DNA of 64,000 nt from an uncultured Acidobacteriota bacterium (GCA_963700145.1 OY969474.1:864001-928000), one strand, 5' to 3'; positions 1-9,028 are shown, counted from the stretch's first letter. A program made the numbers and translations. The notes: generated by a model not told the origin, from the sequence alone.

Positions 1-87
1 GAAGTCGGAGAGCAGGAGGCGCGGCTCGACCGCGCGCTCGTAGCGGCGGCCGTTGACGGTGACGGCGACCGGGCGAGGCTCGCTCAC
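1..87 (-). CDS. 2Fe-2S small subunit of a xanthine/CO dehydrogenase family enzyme (CoxS/CutS-like), 5' part only; runs off the window
   Basis: Translated by hand as MSEPRPVAVTVNGRRYERAVEPRLLLSDF. The GTG start overlaps the TGA of the upstream FAD subunit (GTGA at 84-87). Confidence 0.8.
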   Translation of the reverse strand, partial: MSEPRPVAVTVNGRRYERAVEPRLLLSDF

Positions 88-968
88 GCTCGCGCCTCCC
101 CGGCCCGCTCGACCGCGCGCTTCAGCGCGCGCACCGTCAGCACCTGCGTCAGGTGCCGCTTGAAGGCGGCGGAGGCGTGGAGGTCGCCGGTCGGGTCGAT
201 CTCCTCGCGCGCCACCGTTTCCGCCGCGGCGGCGATGGCCTCTTCCGTCGGCACCTCGCCGGCGAGCTGCGCCGCGGCGCGCGCCGCCACGACCGGCTTG
301 TCGCCGACGCTCAGGAACGCCAGCCGCGCTTCGCGGCAGCGGCCGCCCTCCTCCAGTGTCACCAGCGCCGCCACCCCGACCTGCGCGTAGTCGCCGTGGC
401 GGCGGGCCACCTCCATGAACGCCCAGCCGGTGCGCGGCGGCAGCGGCGGCAGCTCGACCTCGACCAGCAGCTCTTCGGGCGCCATGTCGGTGGCGAAGAG
501 GCCGCCGAAGAAGCGCTCGGCCTCGACCCAGCGCTCGCCGCCGGCGCGCTGGAGCCGGAAGCGGGCGCGCAGGGCGACAGCGACCGCCGGCAGCTCGGCG
601 GCGGGGTCGGCGTGCGCCAGGCTGCCGCCGACGGTGCCGCGGTTCCGGATCTGCGGGTGGGCGATGTGCGGCACCGCCTCGGCGAGGAGGGGCGCCAGCT
701 CCGCCACCAGCGGCTCGCGCTCCAGCCGCCGCTGCCGGGTCATCGCCCCGATCGCCAGCCCGCCGGCCGCGGTGCGCCGCACGTAATCGAGCCCCGGCAG
801 GCGGTTCAGGTCGATCAGGGTCGCCGGCTGCGCCAGCCGGAAGTTCATCACCGGGATCAGGCTCTGGCCGCCGGCCAGGACCTTGGCGTCGCCGCCGTGG
901 CGCGCCAGCAGGTCGAGCGCGGCGCCCAGGGAGTCCGGGGCCTCGTAGGCGAAGGGGGCCGGCTTCAT
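84..968 (-). CDS. FAD-binding medium subunit, xanthine/CO dehydrogenase family (CoxM/CutM-like)
   Basis: N-terminus MKPAPFAY, plus LAGGQSL, IRNRGTVGGSLAHADPAAE and ARRHGDYA motifs. Confidence 0.92.
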   Translation of the reverse strand: MKPAPFAYEAPDSLGAALDLLARHGGDAKVLAGGQSLIPVMNFRLAQPATLIDLNRLPGLDYVRRTAAGGLAIGAMTRQRRLEREPLVAELAPLLAEAVPHIAHPQIRNRGTVGGSLAHADPAAELPAVAVALRARFRLQRAGGERWVEAERFFGGLFATDMAPEELLVEVELPPLPPRTGWAFMEVARRHGDYAQVGVAALVTLEEGGRCREARLAFLSVGDKPVVAARAAAQLAGEVPTEEAIAAAAETVAREEIDPTGDLHASAAFKRHLTQVLTVRALKRAVERAGEARA

Positions 969-1027
969 CGGGAGCGCGGATTCTACACGTGCAACTTCCC
1001 GCCGCCGCCGCCCGTAGTCCGAAAGAC

Positions 1028-3289
1028 ATGCACACCCTTCGCGTCGCCGCGCGCACCCTCCTCCAGCGCCCCGGCCTCACCATGCTCGTCGTCGTGACGC
1101 TGGCTTTGGGGCTCGGCGCCAACGCGGCGATCTTCGGCATCATCGACGCGCTCGTGCTGCGGCCGTTCCCCGCCGCCGAGACCGAAGGCATCGTGATGCT
1201 CACCGAGACCGCGCCGGGCGAGAACTACCGGCAGGAGTCGGTCGCGCCCGCCGACTTCCTCGACTGGAAGCGCCAGACGGACGTCTTCGCGCACCTCTCC
1301 GCCTTCGAGTGGTGGGATGTCAACCTGGTCGGCCGCGACGCGCCGGAGCGCGTCCAGGGGCACTACGTCTCCGCCGACTTCTTCTCGACGCTCGGCGTGC
1401 AGCCGGCGCTCGGGCGCGCCTTCACCGCCGACGAGGAGACCTTCGGCCGCCACCGCCGCGTCGTGCTCAGCCACGAACTCTGGCGCCGCCGCTTCGGCGG
1501 CGACCCGGCGGTCGTCGGCCGCCCGGTCCTCGTCGACGGCACCCCGCACGAGGTGGTCGGGGTGGCGCCGGAGGGCTTCACCTTCCCCATCGGCTCGCAG
1601 ATCTGGGCGCCCTTGGCCTTCGACCCGGCCGAGCCGCCGTCGCGCACCGCCCGCTACCTCACGGTCGTCGCCCGGCTGGCGCCGGGGCGGACCCTCGAGG
1701 AGGCGCAGGCGCAGATGACGGTCGTCGCCGACCGGCTCGCCCGCGAGTACCCGAAGGAGAACCGCGACCGCGGCGCCCGCGTCTACACCCTGGCGCAGGG
1801 GATGATGGACCAGGGGCTGGGTCCGATCCTCGCGCTCTGGCAGGCCGCGGCCGGCTTCGTCCTCCTCATCGCCTGCGCCAACATCGCCAACCTTCTGCTC
1901 GCCCGCGGCGCCGAGCGGCAGCGCGAGATCGCGCTGCGCCTGGCGCTCGGCGCCGGGCGCTGGCGACTGGTGCGGGGGCTCCTCGCCGAGAGCGCGCTCC
2001 TCGGGCTGGCGGCGGTGCCGCTGGCCCTCGTCGTCGCCGCGATCAGCCTCGACCCGCGCCTGGCCGCGACCCTCAAGGAGGGGGGCCGCGCGGCCACCGT
2101 CGGCCGCGGCCGCCTCCGCCTGCGGCAGGCGCTGGTGGTCGCCGAGATGGGGCTGGCGCTGCCGCTCCTCGTCGCCGCCGGGCTCGGCGTCCTCGGCATC
2201 CACCGCTTCCTCAACGGCCCGCAGGGCTACGACCCCGACAACCTCCTGGTGATGCGCATGGTCCTCTCCGATCCGCGCTACGAGGAGAACGACCCGGCGC
2301 GGCGGCAGCTCGTCGAGCGGGTAATGGCGGGACTCGCGGCGCTGCCGGGAGTCGAGCGCGCCGCCGCCGTCAACGTGCTGCCGGCGGCGGGCGGCAACTC
2401 CTCGCCGGCGTTCGAGATCGAAGGCCAGCCGCCGGCCGACCCGGCGAACCCGCCGACGGTGGACTCGCGCCTGGTCACGCCCGACTACTTCGCGACGCTG
2501 CGCCTGCCGATCGTCGAGGGGCGCGGGCTCACCGCCGCGGACCGCGAGGACGCCGCGCCGGTGGCCCTGGTCAGCCGCGCGCTGGCCGAGCGCTACTTCC
2601 CCGACGGCGGCGCCATCGGGCGGCGTCTGCGCGTCGGCGAGGACCAGCCCTGGGCGACGGTCGTCGGCGTCACCGGCGACCACATCCACGACTGGTTCGG
2701 GCGGCGCAACTACCCCACCGTGTTCCGGCCGTACGCGCAGGCGCCGAGCCGCTCCCTGGCGCTGGCGGTGCGCACGGGGCGCGACCCGGCGGCGCTGGCC
2801 AACGACGTGCGCACGGCGCTGCGCGAGGTCGATCCCGCGCAGCCGGTCTTCGACCTCATGCCGATGCGCGTCCTGCTCAAGGAGCGGACGGTCGGCCTCC
2901 AGTACATCGCGGCGATCATGGGGGTGTTCGCCGGGCTGGCGTTGCTCCTCGCGACGGTCGGCGTCTACGCGGTGATGGCCTACCTCGTCTCCCAGCGCAC
3001 GCACGAGATCGGCGTCCGCATGGCGCTCGGCGCCACCCGCGGCGACGTCGAGCGCCTCGCGGTCTGGCAGGCCGCGCGGCTGACCGCGGTGGGCGCCCTG
3101 GTGGGGCTCGTCCTCTCGGTCGCTCTCGGCCGCCTGATGGAAGCCGGGATGCTCGGCGTCGTCTCCACCGACCTCCGTCTCCTCGCCGGCCTGGCCGCCG
3201 TCCTCGTCGCCGCCTCCCTCGCCGCCGCCTACGTCCCCGCCCGCCGCGCCGCGGCCCTCGACCCGCTCGACGCGCTGCGGGTGGAGTGA
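1028..3289 (+). CDS. ADOP-type duplicated ABC permease (two MacB_PCD + FtsX modules); appears to carry an internal in-frame deletion
   Basis: TLALGLGANAAIF, LLIACANIANLLLARG..R.REIALRLALGAGR and RTHEIGVRMALGA motifs, ending DPLDALRVE. ATG at 1028 was chosen as the start. Confidence 0.9.
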   Translation: MHTLRVAARTLLQRPGLTMLVVVTLALGLGANAAIFGIIDALVLRPFPAAETEGIVMLTETAPGENYRQESVAPADFLDWKRQTDVFAHLSAFEWWDVNLVGRDAPERVQGHYVSADFFSTLGVQPALGRAFTADEETFGRHRRVVLSHELWRRRFGGDPAVVGRPVLVDGTPHEVVGVAPEGFTFPIGSQIWAPLAFDPAEPPSRTARYLTVVARLAPGRTLEEAQAQMTVVADRLAREYPKENRDRGARVYTLAQGMMDQGLGPILALWQAAAGFVLLIACANIANLLLARGAERQREIALRLALGAGRWRLVRGLLAESALLGLAAVPLALVVAAISLDPRLAATLKEGGRAATVGRGRLRLRQALVVAEMGLALPLLVAAGLGVLGIHRFLNGPQGYDPDNLLVMRMVLSDPRYEENDPARRQLVERVMAGLAALPGVERAAAVNVLPAAGGNSSPAFEIEGQPPADPANPPTVDSRLVTPDYFATLRLPIVEGRGLTAADREDAAPVALVSRALAERYFPDGGAIGRRLRVGEDQPWATVVGVTGDHIHDWFGRRNYPTVFRPYAQAPSRSLALAVRTGRDPAALANDVRTALREVDPAQPVFDLMPMRVLLKERTVGLQYIAAIMGVFAGLALLLATVGVYAVMAYLVSQRTHEIGVRMALGATRGDVERLAVWQAARLTAVGALVGLVLSVALGRLMEAGMLGVVSTDLRLLAGLAAVLVAASLAAAYVPARRAAALDPLDALRVE

Positions 3290-3306
3290 GGAGTCGGCGG
3301 CGCTTT

Positions 3307-3795
3307 TCAGCCCGGCTCGCCGGCCAGCGTCAGAACCGCGGCACGCGTTCGCGGCGAAAGCCGGAAGCGCAAGCCCTGCAGCCGATCGAGCAGCGGCGCG
3401 ACCGAGGGGACGAGACCTGCTCGCTTCGCATCCAGGAGAACGCCGATTGTTCCCCTCATCCGCAGGCCGAGCATCTGGGCAACGCGCCGCGCCAGCGCAT
3501 CGTCGAGGAGCACGATCGAGTCAGGCGACTCGATCGCCAACATCAGCACTTCCGATTCGCCGGGCCCCAGGTCTGTGGCCCACGGCGGCACCGTCTCGCT
3601 CGCGGGGCGACGGATCGTGATCCACTCCAGAGCCTTCGGATCGGGTAGGTCAATGCCTGCCCTCCTTCCCACCCCCAGCTCTTCATCCACGGCACGAGGA
3701 ACCACGACGCGCTCGACGAGCGCGGGGAGAAGGTGCAGCAGCTTGATCTGGTAGAGGTACTGAAGCGGCGAAGTGTTGCAGAAGACTTCAGGCAA
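3307..3795 (-). CDS. DUF3368 family PIN-like protein (putative toxin)
   Basis: NTSPL...DLGPGESE...LLDDALARR...GTIGVLL pattern. Overlaps the upstream UPF0175 gene by 8 nt. Confidence 0.85.
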   Translation of the reverse strand: MPEVFCNTSPLQYLYQIKLLHLLPALVERVVVPRAVDEELGVGRRAGIDLPDPKALEWITIRRPASETVPPWATDLGPGESEVLMLAIESPDSIVLLDDALARRVAQMLGLRMRGTIGVLLDAKRAGLVPSVAPLLDRLQGLRFRLSPRTRAAVLTLAGEPG

Positions 3796-4039
3796 GCCGG
3801 GCTTCGCTCTCGAGCTCCTCCGCGGTGAGCCGGAAAGTGTCGACTCCGTAGTCCGCGAGGCGCGAGAGAAAGACTGTCCGCGGCACTCCCGCGAGCCCCG
3901 CCGCGGCGCCCGAGGAGAGCCGGCCGAGTTCGAAGAGCTTCACCGCGGCAGCCATCCGCAGCTCTTGCCCCGCCTCGTCCGGCGCGACCTTGAGCGCCAG
4001 CAGGCTCTCGTCGGGGATCTCCAAGGTGACACGGCTCAT
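3788..4039 (-). CDS. UPF0175 family protein (putative antitoxin)
   Basis: 83 aa with AAVKLFELGRLSSGAAAGLAGV.R..FL..L..YGV, the typical partner of DUF3368. Confidence 0.85.
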   Translation of the reverse strand: MSRVTLEIPDESLLALKVAPDEAGQELRMAAAVKLFELGRLSSGAAAGLAGVPRTVFLSRLADYGVDTFRLTAEELESEARLA

Positions 4040-4054
4040 CGTTGGCCTCGAATT

Positions 4055-5584
4055 CTAGCTCTCTCCGCCCAGCAGGTGCTTGAGGACCTTGCCGAGCGGG
4101 TTGCGCGGTAGGGCTTCGACGGGGCGGAAGGAGCGGGGGACTTTGAAGCCGGCGAGCTCGCGCTTGCAGTGGGCGAGGAGAGCGGGCTCGTCGAGGTCGC
4201 CGTCGGCGACCACGTAGGCCACCGGCACCTCGCCCCACTCCGGGTCGGGGCGGCCGACGACCGCGGCCTCGCGCACCCCCGGGCAGCCCTGGAGCACCTC
4301 CTCCACCTCGCGCGGGTAGACGTTGTAGCCGCCGCAGAGGATCAGCTCCTGGCGGCGGCCGAGGAGGGTGACGTAGCCGGTCTCGGGGTCGCGCCGGGCG
4401 AGGTCGCCGGTGGCGAACCAGCGGCGCCCTTCACCGTCGGTGCGGAAGCTCGCCGCCGTTTTCTCTGGGTCGCGCCAGTAGCCGGCGAAGACGTTGGCGC
4501 CGCGTACCAGCAGCTCCCCTTCCCCGCCGGCCGGCGCGTCGGCCCCCTCGCGGTCCACGATCCGCATCGACACCCCCGGCAGCGGCGTCCCCACCGTCCC
4601 CGGCCGCCGCGGCCCGGCCAGCGGGTTCGAGAGGTTCATGCCGGTCTCGGTCATGCCGTAGCGCTCGAGGATGGCGTGGCCGGTGAGCGCCTCGAACGCC
4701 GCGAAGGTCTCGGCCGCGAGCGGCGCGCTGCCGCTGCAGAAGAGCCGCATGCCGCCGAGCCGCCGGCGCACGTCCGTCTCGCCGCCCAGCGCCTCGACCA
4801 GCCGCACGTACATCGTCGGCACGCCGAAGAAGAGGCTCGGCTCGCCGCCGAGGAGGTCCGCTGCCACGGCCGCCGCCGTGAAGCGGCGCCGCAGCAGCAC
4901 CGTGGCGCCGGCGGCGAGGGCGCAGTGGAGCCCCACGACCAGCCCGTGCGTGTGGAAGAGCGGCAGCGCCAGGAGCAGGCGATCGTCCGCGCGCCACCCC
5001 CAGGCGGCGAGCAGCCCGCTGACCGTGGCGAGGAGGTTGTCGTGGCTGAGCATCGCGCCCTTGCTCCGCCCCGTCGTCCCCGAGGTGTAGAGGAGGAGCG
5101 CCAGGTCGTCGCCGTCGACGGGCGGCTCCCCTTCCGTGCCGCCGCTCGACTCCCCCATCCACCGCTCCAGCTCCTCGGCCAGCAGCACCTCCTCGACGGT
5201 CGCCCGCTCCTCCGGCGCCAGCTCCTCCAGCTTTTCCCGTTCGCTCGCCTCGGTGATCAGGAGCCGCGGCTCGGCGTCGCCCAGGACGTGCGCGATCTCG
5301 CGCCGCCGGTAGGCGAGATTGAGCGGCACGGTGACGGCGCCGAGGCGGAGGGCGGCGAGGTGGGCGACGACCCACTCCGGGCGGTTGCCCATGAGCAGCG
5401 CGATCCGGTCGCCGCGCCCGAGGCCGCGCGCCGCGAGGCCGGCGGCGAGCCGCCCGGCCGCCGCGTGCAGCGCCGCGTAGCTCGTCTCGCACGCGCCGCC
5501 GGCGCCCTCGCCGCCGTCGAAGCTCAGCGCCCCCTTCTCCGGCGCCCGCGCCGCGCCGGCCGCGAACAGGTCGGAGAGGTTCAA
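4055..5584 (-). CDS. Acyl-CoA synthetase / AMP-binding enzyme (malonyl-CoA synthetase MatB-like)
   Basis: YTSGTTGRSKG, LPLFHTHGL, ERYGMTET, TGDL and LPRNPLGKV adenylation motifs. Confidence 0.9.
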   Translation of the reverse strand: MNLSDLFAAGAARAPEKGALSFDGGEGAGGACETSYAALHAAAGRLAAGLAARGLGRGDRIALLMGNRPEWVVAHLAALRLGAVTVPLNLAYRRREIAHVLGDAEPRLLITEASEREKLEELAPEERATVEEVLLAEELERWMGESSGGTEGEPPVDGDDLALLLYTSGTTGRSKGAMLSHDNLLATVSGLLAAWGWRADDRLLLALPLFHTHGLVVGLHCALAAGATVLLRRRFTAAAVAADLLGGEPSLFFGVPTMYVRLVEALGGETDVRRRLGGMRLFCSGSAPLAAETFAAFEALTGHAILERYGMTETGMNLSNPLAGPRRPGTVGTPLPGVSMRIVDREGADAPAGGEGELLVRGANVFAGYWRDPEKTAASFRTDGEGRRWFATGDLARRDPETGYVTLLGRRQELILCGGYNVYPREVEEVLQGCPGVREAAVVGRPDPEWGEVPVAYVVADGDLDEPALLAHCKRELAGFKVPRSFRPVEALPRNPLGKVLKHLLGGES

Positions 5585-5599
5585 GCGGCTGGCCCGCGC

Positions 5600-7069
5600 C
5601 TAGCGCTTCGCTTGCGGGACGTAGTAGACGGTGAAGACGGCGCGCCGCGGCTGCGGCGAGCGGTTCTCGACGGCCGCGGTGAGGACCGTCTCGCCGCCGG
5701 CCGAGCGGCGGAGCACGGGGTCGTACGGCCAGAGCGCCGCGCCGACCGGGCACTCGCGCCCCGCCAGGCAGTCGGCGCTCGACTGTCCGTCCCCCATCTC
5801 GTAGCGGTAGCCGGTGTAGCGGACGCCGGGCGCGAGGCGCACCTCCAGCAGCGGGCAGCTCGGCGGCAGGCCGGAGGCGGTGTCGTCGTCAGTTGCCGCG
5901 GCGCGCACGCGGCCGACCGCTTGGCGGAGGGCGTCGGAGCAGGCGACGCCGGGCTGTGCCGGCTGGACGACGGCCGAGACCGAGAGGGCGGCTTCGCCGG
6001 GACGGCAGTCGGCGCAAGTGCCTTCCTCGTACGAGCGGCCGCGGACGGCGGGCGGAGGCGCAGGTGCGGCGGTGGGCGGCGCGGGCGCGGGTGCCGGCGC
6101 GGCTGCCGGCGGTGGAGCCTCGAGCGGCGGCGCGGGGACGGCTGGGGCGGGGGCCGCTGGCGGTGGCGACGGCACCGGTGCCGGCGGGGCTTGCGGCGGC
6201 GGCTGGGTGGGAGGGACGGTCGGCTCGGGCCGCGGCGTCGGTGCGGTCTGCGGCGGCCGCTCGGCGGGCGGGGCCGCGGGCGGCGCGGGCTCTGGACGTG
6301 GGGTCGGCGCGATCGGCGGTGGCGACTCCACGGGAGGGGCCGCCGGCTCCGGTTGTGGCGGCGGCTCCGGCTCCGGAGCGGCAGCGGGTGGCGCTTGCGC
6401 GGGTGGCGCGGCTGATCCCGGCGGTTCGACTGGCGGCGGCTCGGGGACCGGTGCCGGAGGAGCGGGCGTCGGCTGCGGAGCTGGAGCGGCCGGCGGAGGT
6501 GCCGCGGGCTCGGGCGTCGGTGGCGGCGCGGGTGTCGGCTGCGGAGCCGGCGTGGCGGCCGGCGGCGCCTCTACCGGCCGCGGTGCCACGGGCTCGGGTG
6601 CCGGCGGCGGCTGCACGGGAGCGCGCGGCGTTTCCCTACGCGGCGGTTCTACGCGCGCGATCTCCGGCGGCCGCGGCGCCCCGCCCTTGCCGCGCGCCAC
6701 CCGCACGCTCAGCGTGTGCACCGCCCCCGGCACGTTGTGCTGGCCGGCGGCGACGATGCGCGGCTTCCCCTCCCGCACTTCCACCTCGGCGCGGTAGGTC
6801 ATGAAGCCGCCGCGCGCCACCTCCAGCCGCCAGAGCCCTTCGGCGAGGCCGCCGACCACCGCACGGCCGCGCGCGTCGGCCGCTACCGTCTGCGGCCCGT
6901 CCGGCGGCTCGACGCCAAGATAGACGAGCCGCACCTCGGCGCCGGCCGCCGGCTTCCCCTGATGGTCCTCGACGCGCACCTCCAGCGCCGCCGGGCCGCT
7001 CCAGAGTTGTGCCGCTGCCGCCGCGGCCAGCAGGCCGCCGGTCAACGCCGCGATCGCGAAGGGCTTCAC
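5600..7069 (-). CDS. Secreted protein: carboxypeptidase-regulatory-like beta domain, long Pro/Ala linker, Cys-containing C-terminal domain
   Basis: Signal peptide, V.D..GKP.AGAEV...DARGR....GL..G.W.LEV motif, and an approximately 200-aa Pro-rich stretch. Confidence 0.7.
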   Translation of the reverse strand: MKPFAIAALTGGLLAAAAAAQLWSGPAALEVRVEDHQGKPAAGAEVRLVYLGVEPPDGPQTVAADARGRAVVGGLAEGLWRLEVARGGFMTYRAEVEVREGKPRIVAAGQHNVPGAVHTLSVRVARGKGGAPRPPEIARVEPPRRETPRAPVQPPPAPEPVAPRPVEAPPAATPAPQPTPAPPPTPEPAAPPPAAPAPQPTPAPPAPVPEPPPVEPPGSAAPPAQAPPAAAPEPEPPPQPEPAAPPVESPPPIAPTPRPEPAPPAAPPAERPPQTAPTPRPEPTVPPTQPPPQAPPAPVPSPPPAAPAPAVPAPPLEAPPPAAAPAPAPAPPTAAPAPPPAVRGRSYEEGTCADCRPGEAALSVSAVVQPAQPGVACSDALRQAVGRVRAAATDDDTASGLPPSCPLLEVRLAPGVRYTGYRYEMGDGQSSADCLAGRECPVGAALWPYDPVLRRSAGGETVLTAAVENRSPQPRRAVFTVYYVPQAKR

Positions 7070-7228
7070 GACAGAGAGTTTGCCACAGCCCGGCCCCCGT
7101 AGCGGCTACGGCTGCCTCATAGGGGCGATGAGGCCCGGAACGGCGGGCGGGCCGCCATCGGGCAATCCTTTTGGCGTAAGCCACTGACTGCTAAGACACT
7201 TCGATGGCGCCGCCCGAGCCGATCTCCA

Positions 7229-7243
7229 CGGCACACCCCTTGC
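7229..7243 (+). promoter_or_regulatory. Candidate sigma54 (-24/-12) promoter
   Basis: CGGCAC-ACCCC-TTGC with exact GG-N10-GC spacing, 17 nt upstream of the AGGAGG Shine-Dalgarno at 7261-7266. Confidence 0.6.
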
Positions 7244-7275
7244 GATGGCACGTCGGCAACAGGAGGAATCCATCC

Positions 7276-8355
7276 ATGAAGCGTAGGCTCGCGTTGGCCG
7301 GGTTCGTGGTGCTCGGCGCCCTTTTCGCAGCTCCCAGGCACGCCTGGGCCCAAGGCTGAGTCGCCGCGCGTCTCGACGCGCCCGTGCTCGGCGCGTACGA
7401 GGGGTCCTACACCGGCCCCAACAAGTGGCAGTTCTCCACCACCTGGCGTCACCAGAAATCCGACCGTCACTTCGTCGGCCCCGAGGAGCAGGAGGAGCGG
7501 CAGGAGATCGGCAACGAGGTCGTCAACACACTCAACCTCGTCGAGCTCGGCATCCGCTACAACCTCTCGGACCGGACCAGCCTCTCGGTCGGCATCCCCT
7601 ACCTGATGGCGGAGCGCTCCAACGCGCTCACCGTCCAGGGCACTGTGATCGGCCGCACGATCACCCACGCCAGCGCGCTCGGCGACATCACGCTGATGGG
7701 ACGGCGCCTGTTCTGGAAACCCTCCGAGCACCCCAACGGCAACATGTCGTTCGGGCTCGGGCTCAAGTTCCCCACCGGCCGCGACAACGTCGTCGACGCC
7801 CGGCAGCGCATCGTCAACGGGCAGGAGGTGACGTCGATCGAGACGGTCGACCAGTCCATCCAGCCCGGCGACGGCGGCTTCGGCGCGCTCCTCGACTTCC
7901 AGGCCGTGCAGCGCGTGCTCGACAACAACGGCACGCTCTACCTCGCCACCAGCTATCTGGTGAACCCGGACGAGACCAACGGCGTTCGCACTTTCCGCAA
8001 CAACCGCGGCGAAGAGATCATGTCGGTCGCCGACCAGTACCTGGCGCGCGCCGGCATGGCGTACGCGGCGCCGAGCTGGAAGGGATGGGGCGCGAGCCTG
8101 GGCGGGCGTCTCGAGGGCGTGCCGGTGCACGACCTCGTCGGCGGCAGCCAGGGGTTCCGGCGTCCCGGCTACGCGGTCTCCGTCGAGCCCGCGGTGAGCT
8201 ACACGCGCGGCCCGCACACCTTCTCGCTGGCGGCCCCCTACGCGCTCTACCGCAACCGCACCCGCAGCGTCCCCGACCGCGCGGTGCCCGGCCGCCACGG
8301 CGACGCAGCCTTCGCCGACTACATCTTCATGCTGGGGTACTGGCGCCGCTACTAG
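7276..8355 (+). CDS. Outer-membrane beta-barrel (MetA-pathway/COG4313-like channel) with in-frame TGA at codon 28; putative selenoprotein
   Basis: AGGAGG then ATG at 7276 reads MKRRLALAGFVVLGALFAAPRHAWA-QG-[TGA 7357-7359]-VAARLDAPVLGAYEG, in frame with the 7384..8355 ORF. GDITL/LGLKFPTG/QPGDG motifs and an aromatic C-terminal strand (FMLGYWRRY). Confidence 0.78.
7372..7401 (+). promoter_or_regulatory. Candidate bacterial SECIS hairpin
   Basis: CTCG-ACGCGCC-[CGTGCTC]-GGCGCGT-A-CGAG: an 11-bp stem with one bulge, separated from the TGA by 12 nt, with G-U at loop positions 2-3. Confidence 0.55.
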
Positions 8356-8378
8356 ACCGACCTCCGTTCCCTTTCCCC

Positions 8379-8414
8379 GGGGCCCCTCCTTCGAGGGGCC
8401 CCCACCCCTTTTTT
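8379..8414 (+). terminator. Probable intrinsic terminator between convergent genes
   Basis: GGGGCCCCTC-CTTC-GAGGGGCCCC 10-bp stem, with a T6 run 6 nt downstream. Confidence 0.65.
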
Positions 8415-8924
8415 CTAGACCATGTCGATCTCGCCCACGCCGTAGCGGGCGATCTGCCCCTCGACGAGCGTGCGCAGCGTGCCCTGGAGGTCGTGCGGGC
8501 GGGGGACGGCGTGCAGCGTCACCGTCGGGTTGGTGCGGTCGGTGCTGACGACGACCACGTTGCCGAGGCCGAGGAGACGCAGGAAGAAGGGGCAGCGGAC
8601 CGAGAGGTCGCGCACTCGCCGCAGCTCGATGTCGTCGGTCTCGGTCGAAAAGAGGCCGGTCGTCAGGCGCAGCCGCTCGGTGGTGACGGTGTACTTCGTC
8701 GCCCGCAGCTTGACGTAGGCGACGAGGGCGACCAGGAGGCAGATCGCCCAGGCGGCGACGATCAGCCAGGTCACAACGGGACCCCCGCCGCGCCCTCGCA
8801 GCCAGATCAGGCCGGCGGTGGCGAGGACGGCGCCGAGGACGAGCAGCAGGTAGAGCGGCAGGTTCACCAGCGGCGAGGGTGTCCCCTGCCACACCACCCG
8901 CTCCTCGGGCTTGTTCGGAATCAT
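8415..8924 (-). CDS. Membrane protein with bacterial PH domain (bPH_2 / YdbS-like)
   Basis: Two TM helices, then Y.VTTERL....GLFS...DIEL.RV.D....RLLGLGNV. Start set at ATG 8924 because the longer ORF runs over the tRNA. Confidence 0.82.
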   Translation of the reverse strand: MIPNKPEERVVWQGTPSPLVNLPLYLLLVLGAVLATAGLIWLRGRGGGPVVTWLIVAAWAICLLVALVAYVKLRATKYTVTTERLRLTTGLFSTETDDIELRRVRDLSVRCPFFLRLLGLGNVVVVSTDRTNPTVTLHAVPRPHDLQGTLRTLVEGQIARYGVGEIDMV

Positions 8925-8940
8925 GGTCGAGGAAGGAAAT

Positions 8941-9017
8941 TGGTCGGGACGCCGGGATTTGAACCCGGGACCCCCTGAACCCCATTCAGGTACGCTACCA
9001 GGCTGCGCCACGTCCCG
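8941..9017 (-). tRNA. tRNA-Pro(GGG)
   Basis: CGGGACGTGGCGCAGCCTGGTAGCG...CCTGA-ATGGGGT-TCAGG...GGTTCAAATCC...CGTCCCGACCA; 77 nt with encoded CCA. Confidence 0.96.
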
Positions 9018-9028
9018 ACCGGACGGCC

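Noticed and set aside
84-968. Calling this a true aerobic CO dehydrogenase
   Set aside because: The diagnostic large-subunit active-site motif is outside the window, so only the family can be assigned.
7384-8355. ORF-track start at GTG 7384
   Set aside because: It gives a beta-barrel with no signal peptide or SD. The upstream in-frame ATG 7276 has both.
8925-9011. N-terminal extension of the PH-domain ORF, and the 42123..42311 ORF
   Set aside because: Both are translations of tRNA genes.
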